Source: Polymyxa betae A26-41
Taxonomy: Eukaryota > Protista > Endomyxa: Phytomyxea
Length of the DNA stretch: 64,000 nt
Direction: 5' to 3'
Assembly: GCA_003693705.1 (NCBI GenBank)
Contig: RBZT01000373.1
Coordinates: 62,001-126,000, forward strand
Part shown: piece by piece, positions 54,901-64,000 of the stretch
How the letters are laid out: every line of letters begins with the position of its first letter
Numbering within the stretch: the first letter of the stretch is position 1
The notes under the pieces: generated by a model
The model's input: only the letters and a program-made list of their open reading frames with translations
Databases searched by the model: none
Told to the model about the DNA's origin: nothing
Program-made: the position numbers and the translations under genes

Positions 54901-55276
54901 TGCGATCGCTGCCAGAGATTCTGGACATCACTGATTAAACCTTTTTGGAAAACGTGAACAAAGTACTGCCGCTAACTGAGCTGGAACTTTATGCCGTCTC
55001 AATCAAAGAAAATTGGAATGTTTTATGTCCGAACCAGGATCTTTTTTCGTTTTTTCTACTCCAACATCAACAAAACATTCAGTTGATACAAATTAAACGG
55101 TTAATTTGGAGTCCTAATGCTGTCGTAGTTGTTAATTGAAGCAAAACTTACTAATTATACAATTTACTTATCATGCCGGTGTTTTATTTGAATAAAACAC
55201 GATGATTGTATTCTCAAAGTGATTATGCATTTGGATGTTTCAAGAACCTTTCAATTTACTGGAAAATCTAGAAAAT

Positions 55277-56073
55277 TCAATTAAAACACCATGGTGCTAT
55301 TTCGGTTAAGACGGTATCGGCAGGAGGGCTGGTCGTCACCGATGATGAGATGTCCTTGATTGCGATCCATTTCCTGACCAGCTGCTCGAGTTTGGGCGGG
55401 TTGGCGCCGCGTAACTCGTCGATCACGACACCGTTTCGGAAGAAGAGGTAATGTGGCGTCGGATGGTTAAAACCTGCATACTAAATCATGTCAGATTTCA
55501 GGCTAATAGCTGAAAAGCGTTTTCCAACAATTCAAAAAATGCAACTTCATTTGTTGAATGTTCCTCCAATGAAAGTTTCGAAATAGAAACAGTCTAAACC
55601 TTCTCTAGATAGGGTATTGTCATATCCAGCTGTTCTGATATCTCATGTTCATTATCAGGTTCTTGAGGCTCTTTGGCAGCCGAACCAGGTCCAGCGCTAT
55701 CGCCATCAGCACCACCAACGCCTTCTTCTTTCGGCTTCTCCCCAACTGCAAGCAATCAGGGCGCTGGCAAACCCCAGCCAACAGGTTAACCTTTGGTTTC
55801 CTGCTTCTTCAGGGCGTCTTCGGCATTCGCAGCCGTCTTTTCGTCCTCTAGTTTGGAGACGTTCACAATGGCCCAATGAACCTCATCGGCCTGGCCCTGA
55901 TTATCAAGATTGGTCGTGAGTTCATCGATAAACGGGAACATGTTCTCGCAGGGGCCGAAATGAGGTGCGAAGATCTCGGCTACAAGCAGGATGGGCTTGG
56001 CAACCGCCGCCGTCCATTCCTCGATATCCTTAATGTAGACCTGATTGTCGCGCTTCTTTCGCGCTTTCGACAT
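55277..56073 (-). CDS. NME8/outer-arm-dynein-type thioredoxin-like protein
   Basis: IKDIEEW...LLVAEIFAPHFGPC...VHWAIVN...IPYLEK...PHYLFFRNGVVIDELRGANPPKLEQL, with an acidic insertion. Confidence 0.7.
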
Positions 56074-56100
56074 CACGATCGAAATGTCGTACTACGATCA

Positions 56101-56160
56101 CCCAGCACAGCCAGGGGGGTCATGGGGTCATGGGGTCATGCTGCCCCCCCTCCCCCCGCC
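56101..56160. repeat. (GGGGTCAT)x3 plus C-tracts; possible DNA-transposon end relic
   Basis: CAGCACAGCCAGGGGGGTCATGGGGTCATGGGGTCATGCTGCCCCCCCTCCCCCC is compositionally unlike the rest of the window. Confidence 0.5.
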
Positions 56161-56238
56161 ATTTGGGATCTGGATTCATGACAGCACGGTCAGCATAGGG
56201 TTCGCATTCTGAGCTCGCAGTTGGTCTGCTGATTGACC

Positions 56239-57061
56239 ATGATACGATTGTTGATGGTCACCGGCCTGGTCGCTGTCGCTATCGCTGGCCACGTTGTCGA
56301 ACTGACCTCGGATAGTTTCGAGTCTCTGACACAGATCAGTACTGGAGCGACTACTGGTGATTGGCTCATTAAGTACTGCTGAATCTGTCAGTATTATATT
56401 GGGTGATAATACGAATGCAGATTCTATGCACCCTGGTGTGGACCCTGCAAGAAAATAGCACAAGTTATATCGAATTGCAAGTTTGAGAATCTCGTGCTTA
56501 AAAGTGCCAAAATCAGGAATGGGAGAATCTCGCTCAAAATCAGCATGATGCAAGAACAAGAGGAGACATTGGAGCTCCGGTCGCCAATATCGCCAATGTG
56601 AATTGTGATGATCATCCTGGTATTGCTTGACTTGAGTTTACCATTCGTGTTTCTGATCTTCATTTTGAGATGTTTGCAAGCGATTCGCTATCAAGGATTT
56701 CCCAACTTTTCTGTTCTTCCAGCAAGGATTGATGTACGAATATATGGGCGCACGAACTGTTGCTGATTTCGAGAGATTTATTGATGGCGGCTATAAAGAT
56801 GCAACAGGAATCTTGATACCGAATCCTCCGAGTATTTCCAATACTATTCAAGATGGTATGTTGGATTTCTCTTAGTTTTTCCAATCCCGATATCGAACGT
56901 CTCGTATAGGTCTAAAAGCGCTCTCGTTGCATTTAAGAGACTCGTTCACAAATCGCTCGCTCGCCTTTTTCATTCTTGTTTTAGTCGTTGTCAACATTGT
57001 GATTTTCCGGTCTTGCTTCAAATTCCGTCGCCACTCTATTCACGACAAGAAGGTCGATTAA
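56239..57061 (+). CDS. TMX-like ER membrane thioredoxin, copy B (WCGPC, 4 introns)
   Basis: MIRLLMVTGLVAVAIAGHVVELTSDSFESLTQISTGATTGDWLIK|FYAPWCGPCKK...YEYMGARTVADFERFIDGGYK...TM...DKKVD*. Colinear with 14927-15822. Not in the ORF track. Confidence 0.88.
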
Positions 57062-57489
57062 ACAAATCAGTGTATTAGACCATACTTTGAGAACTTGAAA
57101 GATTTCAAAACGTCTCCAGATCTGTTTCGTTTTGGGTTCTCTCTTGTAGTTGTTGCTTTGATTAATTGGCAACGAGGTGGAAGTTGATGGATCGTCAACG
57201 TGTTGTGCCTCAGGTAGCTTTCGGTATCCAATATCAGCAGTTTTGGTTTCAAATGCAGTCTGATTGTATTACCTCTCTTGTGATCCCGTTCATTAAGAAT
57301 TTCCTTCTAGTCCTCTATTTGCATTTAATAGAGTTCTTCCTCCATTATCCCACATCCATGCTGTAGTACTGGTATTTGAGCATGTCGGAAGACGAAGGAA
57401 TTGCTTAAATATGAAAATTTGTTTAAAAATTTGGATTTTCTCAGAAGCCATGATTTGACAATTTTTGAAACCACTTTAATAGGATGATT

Positions 57490-58429
57490 TTATCGTTTAA
57501 GGGCATTGAGTCGTTCTTCGAGCTCGTTATCGACCTGCTGTTCTTGAACAGCGGGCTGTTTCTGTGCAGTGACCAAAGACTGGTTAAGATTGATGCCGAT
57601 TTCGTCCAGAACCTGACCGACGATCGCCTCTTCTTCCTGCTCATCTTCCTGGTCGGCTAGCGTGTCATCTATGGCGTCAGTAAGCATCTCTTGCTTCATC
57701 TCCATCTGATCGGTCTGCTTGGCGAATTCCATCATGATTTTTTGCATTTGTGGTAGCTTGATCTGAACCGATTCAGGAGCTGTTCTCACAAAACAACCAG
57801 ATCTACCTGTTGGCTCATAACGTTCATACTTCTGGTGACTTTAGCCATGGATTCGGACAGCATCGCCGTCGATGACACCTCCGTCATCTGCAGCGAAATC
57901 GCCCGAAGCTGAGCGACCATGTTCAGAAATTTCTCTTGATGCTTGCGGATCCGAACGAGATCCTTTGCCATGATCCGGACTGATTTCTATAAAGTCGGCA
58001 CATGTTAGCATGTACAGCAACGATTTCATTTTAACAGATAAGAAAGCACAAAGAAGGTTTCCAGTAAATGCCATAAAAATGATTTCACACATTCCGAATT
58101 TCTGGAGTTCACCCAGATCTCAGATCAGTTAGAGCGAAAATAACTTTTTGGGTAAAAACAAAATAGAAATATCAAGAAACAAACAAAAATGATGCCAACA
58201 TCTTGGCGTTTCTTCGCCATATTCTTCATTTCCATAATCAGTTTCTGTTCTTGCCTTTCCATGGCGACACGCTCACGATCTAGACTGCGAATGGTTTTAT
58301 CAACAGCCCTTTTCTGCTCCCTGACGATCTCTAAAGCAGTCGCAGATCAGCCATCAACGAAACTGAGCGAACCCATGCTATATCCAGTAAACCTTTTGTT
58401 GTCTTCCGTTTCCCGAATAAGCCCATCAT
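57490..58429 (-). CDS. VPS2: ESCRT-III subunit Vps2/CHMP2A
   Basis: MGLFGKRKT; LDRERVAMERQEQKLI; VRIMAKDLVRIR; VGQVLDEIGI; MIM1-type ELEERLNALKR*. Confidence 0.93.
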
Positions 58430-58949
58430 AGTGACAGCAAATGCTTAAGACAGCAGCCAAAGCTATTATTGATGCTTTATCTAACCAGAGTATGATTGAT
58501 AACAGCCAGTGATCGTATTGAAGACCAAAGTTTCCCAACGTGGATAGGAATCAAGGAAGGCAGCTGTGATGAACACGCAGCGGAATTAAAACAAGTCGCA
58601 GCCCAACTGGCTGTTCAACTCTGGATGTTTCTTCTCAACTGAGCGAAACATCTCTGACCTCTGCGATATTATTATGATCACGCCAGAAGGAATGCCTTCT
58701 TACACATATCCTTGGTTTCGGATCCCATCTGTGTTTATTAAGCTTGTATGACAAACACATTTTACTTCGGAATTAATTGAAGTTTCGATTGCAACCGCCA
58801 GTGCAACCACCAGCGGTTTGAAATATCACCAATGCTCGGTTCCATATGGAATAGAGTGACTGTAAAGATAGATGTGCTTCTCAAAAGCCGATGTCGCAGG
58901 AGTTAGAATGTGCCAAATGTTATGATCAGTGAAGGTACTAGGATGCCAT

Positions 58950-60771
58950 TTATGCTCTAGTCGTGACATGTATGGCGTCAAGAATCTCTGGGAGTTGAGC
59001 TATATATGTATGATGACCTTCGACCACAGCTGATAAGTCCACGTTCTCAATCGTCTCTAAATCGACAGGCTGCAGGCCAGATACGGTTAGGCTTGGTGAT
59101 GCTGTTCGAAATATTAACTTCAGTACCTAAACAGTCCAACAATCAGATTTTAACTCTGAGTATTGCCGGACAGTTCTTCCAACCAGATCCGATTTGCTAT
59201 AACCGTTGACAAGCCGGCCAGCGACTACTGATTTCATTTGAAGCCATTTCTGAGGGTCCGCTGATGTTGGGGAGCCCAATAGAAAAGCATCCTGAACAAT
59301 ACCTTTACCATCTTCCCTGCGTTCCGATAATTCCAGCAAAGCTCTGTATATCATCCGGGCGCCAACTACAGACAAAATAAAAAAAAAAGCATTGTTGGAG
59401 TATATCGGTTTACCGCTATAGCCTATTAAAGTTACAGGGCGTCGCCCATGCGGTCGCGATAGCAATGCATCAGCAAGAATTATGCCAGCTTTATCAGCTC
59501 TAGATGTTGCGATAGACCATGGGTTGTCGATCAAATACGAAGCGGTGATGAACGCACTGGGCCATGCTAAAGCGCTCATCACGCCAATTAAAAGAGTTTG
59601 CTTCAGGGTTTCCTGGAAAACTGCCGAACCCAGTTGGTACTTGGCGAAATTCTCTTAAACAATTTCAGAGACAGAATAACTACAACGAAAATATGTTTAC
59701 TTATTCCATTTCCAGTATTGATGAGTGCTTCAGTTTCCCATTTGAGAATATACCTTTCACTAGAAAATTCTTGCTCAGATAAAGACGACCAGACGTCATG
59801 ATATTCTGCACTTTCCAGCATACCTAAAGAGTATTAGCAACAAACCTTCAAACGATTTTCTTGTAACCTGAGACGCAGATTGTCACCATCAGAGATGAGT
59901 GAGCATTATCGTTCTGAAACAGCGGCACGAATTCAAATTCGCGAATATCTCGAACCCGATTGTTCATTTTGTAGCCTGCCAGGCCGCCTCCTGTAGCTCC
60001 GAACAAAGCGGAAACCAACGCCGTTCCGGTGACAGAACTGACAAACGCTCCGACTCCAGTACCGGCACCTACCGCCATAAGTCCTGCTCCTAAAGCAGGC
60101 GCAGCGATCCCAGCAGTAACCATGAACAATGAAGACGATACTACGACAGCAGCGCCGATTTTGGCATACCGTTTGAATTTTGAGGAGCGTTTACTGGAGC
60201 TTGATAGATTCGCTGCTAGAGAATTACGTTCAATTGCCGAAATCAAAGCACCTTCTTCGGCCACCATCCACTTCCACGATAGACCAAAAAGGAAGCATAA
60301 CGACATCAGCATGACGCGAATACGAGCGTCGTATGCTTGAAATGTTGAAGCCGAAAACAGTAGCAGTGTGGCCAGAAGCCGGCATCGATCGTCGGTATTC
60401 AGTTCCATATCATCAAGAAAAGGTTTCGGATTGATTCGCCCTGACTGCAGCAAAGGTTCAAATTCGAAGACTTCAAGCTCAAGAAACGAGCTCAGCTCTG
60501 AGAAGAAACCCATCGAAAACTCAATATTGTCAGAATCGTTCGGTAATAGACACGCCACAATTGCAGCCAGACATCGCTTCTGCTCGACAGACAAAAACGT
60601 TCTTAGCCAAGCTATATCATACTCAAAACAGGCAGAAGTTGAGGCTGGTGATGAAGGCATGACAAGCGGCGCCGGTAGCGTTGCCAGACGCTGGCTGCGT
60701 CTGCGAGGCGGGGTCCATTCGCCAGTCTGTACCAGGGCAGCGGCATCTTCGGGGTCGATGTCGTCATTCAT
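58950..60771 (-). CDS. TMCO4: TMCO4/DUF726 alpha/beta-hydrolase-like membrane protein
   Basis: YDARIRVML; TAGIAAPALGAG; GGGLAGYKM; IDNPWSIATSRA; RPVTLIGYS|VGARMI; VVAGRLVNGYSKSD. Confidence 0.9.
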
Positions 60772-61638
60772 GTGCAACGCATGAGATCTGTACCAGAGAC
60801 GATCTTGGCAGAATCCACGAACAGGAATGAAATAAAACAATGAAAGAGAAATGAGCTCATCTGTGATCAGGATGTGGGGCACGATACGACATTAGTAACG
60901 AAACACAGTCATGTCTTAAGCCTTTTTTAAATTGGCTTTACATCATAGCTGAGCGATTCAAATGGGTATTGCCAGGGCTGTGAACGTCTCTGATTGGCCC
61001 AACAAGTTTCGATGTCATCTGGGTTGAGCCGGACGAAGCCTCAGAAACTGAGCTGGGTTTGTCGTCATGTAGAGTAGGAATGCCCTGGAGAAAACCGACT
61101 CACAATCTCTTGTCGTCAAAGTGGCTCCAAACACGGAATAGGCTGGACGTCACTCTTCTACCCTTCTTATCCGTTTAAGGTCGTTTGAACCACTTCGCCC
61201 GCTGTTAATCTCTTGCATCATAACATTGGTCTTCCCAAAACCATCGTCGGAGCGGGGGTTTCAATCATACATGCTGTTCTTAAAGATTAGGCGATTCTTA
61301 GCAGTATCAGGCCGAATTCCAGCGGTTGTTGATGTAGTACATGCTGCAGAGTTTCAGAAGGACTTGTGTTCATATCCCTGACAATGATGGTGCCAGTAAG
61401 TTGTGCGTTATTCACTCGTAAATCCTATTCTCGAGCAGGTAACTTTACTGACATGAGTGCATACATGACCGCTACGGTACAGTACGTAGAGATTGAGCAA
61501 ACGACAAACGAGCTTCAAATACCGTAGATTCTTTCAAAATTATTATCCTCGGTACCGTTCCGTTACTCCCTGTATTATTTATCAAGACTATATTAATAAT
61601 TTAAGACATTTCGCATATATCGTCGTCGTCCAGTGCAT

Positions 61639-64000
61639 CTAGTTGTCGCCAGTTCTGATGTCTTCAGAGAGAGGTTCAGATTTGGTGATTTTTTCCAAAG
61701 CCAAAATTGTCTGCTCTTCCATTTGCTTTTTGCGTATTTGAACCCATTTTGTACCGTTCGATATTTTCACAAAAATCAACAATTGCACAATTAGTAAGAC
61801 ATGCTCAACCAATGCTGCAATAAAAAGCCTTTGCTCCCAAGTAAAACACGCAGGATTGGGTCGGAAACGTTTATCGGTTTCGTAGGCCGGTTGGCAATCA
61901 GAAAAGAACGCCTAGGAGAAATTAAGTTTTCAATTAAGAATCCAAATGTTTTTACTTCAAGGTGTCCTGTTGACAGACATATTAATGCTGTATTCACGAC
62001 AGCGCTAATAACAGTTACGATCGTAAAGAACAAATCCCATTTGCCCAAGTTTGCAACCTTTCTTTGGACAGGACGCCTTGAGGCATAGCATAGTCTCATT
62101 AAATCGCCTTGTCACAAAATGTTATTTAAAGGAGTGCCCTAAGGTACAGCTTGGCATTTTTCAGTACCTCGAACTTCGTAAATATTATTGAAGAAGGCAC
62201 ACAACGGGATTAATGGCCAAACGACCGAGAACATCGTCACGTATCTAAAAACATTCCTATAAAATATATTGACTGAAGCTGTTAAATAACTGACCCGAAT
62301 TGCATGCACATATCATCCATATCGGAGAATGTGGAATAATGAGACTTCGAATGAACCCTGATCTACAATTCACTTAAAACCAAAACGCAGATGCTACATT
62401 TGTATAATACTATGTCAACAAAGTTAGCCTGAGGATCATCATCGGTTCCACATGAGTTGTACGCATGAAGACGGTAAGGGGCAGCATATTGAGAGAGTTC
62501 ATTGGCAAGTTGAATAGCTTGATCCTGAACCTGTTGGGTTGGAGGCAAATTCCTTCTCCGCATTCTCTTAAAATTTGTTATGCGGTCGATCAAGATCGGG
62601 ACAAAAGTTTCGATCAAGAAGTTTAACAGCTGCGTTACGATAAGAGCTTGACATCGATCAATTAAGGATCAGGGACAGAATTGCAGGCAAATTCTTACGT
62701 GTAATGAAGGCATCTTGTAACTCTATTTTTGTTGGGTCGATATTAACTTGCAAATTGAAATGCTCGTTAACGAACGCAGACCATTCATTGCCAAAAGGAA
62801 CATATAGAAATGCAAGAAACCAAAACCAAGCGTACCTGCATTCAAATTAGAAAACAGCTGAATCTCTAAACAGAATTCAGACATATTAAGCCAATCAAAG
62901 ATGAAGACTCTTCGCGTGTAAGCATCTTCAAATTGAGCTTCATATCTCAGGTTCATCTGAGTGGTAAACCATCGTGCCGTTGCTTTCAGCCATTCCCATT
63001 GGATAACCTATGTCATCGCCGTTAACGTTATGATCAAGTACAATATATTGTATTACGTCGACTAGCAAGCCAAGAGCCGCGCCTTGAGCTACGATAGCCA
63101 GCCATCTCGTGAATCCATTGAAACAAACGGCAGAAGAGTTGGCTTCAGGAGTAGAACATGCAGGGACAGACTTTAAATAGATGTACAAATGTACGAAGAA
63201 CCCTGAAGCACATTCAATGCTTACTGCTGTAATCGAGGCGCAAACGATGTCACCTGTGAGAGCAGCCATCAGCACAATTTGAGATATCGTGAATATTAGT
63301 AGAAGCAGAATCAACGGTAGCTTGCGTAGCATGCCGAGTCCTTGGTCATTCTCGATTTCATACTCATCAGAGTCTCGTTTGCTATTGACATCGGTGGCGT
63401 TGTTCTGATTCTTAATTCAAGTCAAGAATAATGAGATTGCAAATTACCTGAAGATTCTTTGATCTTCTATTTCGGCAGCAGCCTCGAAATTCAGGATCGT
63501 ATGATATCCATGGATAATCCCTTTCACTGCAGTTTGAAGTGCCCCAAATCTGCATCAGCACGTCAATCTCGAGCGAGATGAATATAGTATCACTTACAAG
63601 ATTGATTTCGTGATTCTTTCTTCTCCAGAATTTCATCATGAGAGGAGCCCATACAGCGCTAACTGCACAGCCAAAAAAAGCTAGAAGCCGGGTGTAGAAG
63701 GTTGTAGAGAAAATAAACTGTGTCAGATAAACAAGCACACCAATGATCACCGGAATTATTAGCCACCGCGAATAATGATCGACGAAAGCGAAATACAAAG
63801 CAATCTTTTCCCCGAAATGCATTCGAATCTCTAGAATAAAAAGCGTCACAACAAGTAGAGAAACATTGATGCAGCGCTTGCCATGAATGAAAAATTTGTT
63901 ATCTATTAGACCCAGGTCCTCCTCAGCAACAGACCGACGTTCAGACATTGGCATTTGTACTTCTGGCAGTCGAGGCATGACTGACATGTCGTTCTGCTTT
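61639..64000 (-). CDS. Anoctamin/TMEM16 family protein, 5'-truncated by the window end
   Basis: IRMHFGEKIALYFAF; DMCMQFG|YVTMFSVVWPLIPLCAFFNNIYEVR; RRPVQRKVANLGKW. Confidence 0.92.

Noticed and set aside
61265-61295. Resemblance to the 5' end of 18S rRNA (TCATACATGCTGTTCTTAAAGATTAGGC)
   Set aside because: Short and mismatched, with no continuation on either side; probably chance.

Overview
Gene-dense eukaryotic nuclear DNA, not prokaryotic. It holds about 37 protein-coding genes split by short spliceosomal introns (mostly ~45-60 nt, GT-AG), so the ORF track fragments most genes and misses several. Ciliary genes (BBS1, CC2D2A, an NME8-like thioredoxin) indicate a flagellated protist. The compact layout and gene content fit a phytomyxid/plasmodiophorid-type genome, but this is an unverified inference. 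Recognisable genes: prolyl oligopeptidase, a GRK-type kinase, 7TM-RGS, cytosolic HSP70, WDR18, IWR1, an AAA ATPase, APC7 next to CDC20, a sorting nexin, a ZIP transporter, mitochondrial TrpRS, VPS2, TMCO4 and an anoctamin. Manual splicing revealed genes absent from the ORF track. The main one is a complete six-exon bacterial-type MscL mechanosensitive channel with a C-terminal zinc ribbon, head-to-head with HSP70. The others are a second TMX-like thioredoxin paralogue (WCGPC instead of WCGHC, with one intron missing) and a dUTPase first exon. Other notable items: a type I membrane protein with 8 GLG1-like Cys repeats around a ~130-aa His tract, a plant purine-permease-like transporter, and an in-frame TGA before the last helix of the ZIP transporter. 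No rRNA, tRNA, CRISPR or intact transposon was recognised. All gene models are hand-spliced and no database search was run.
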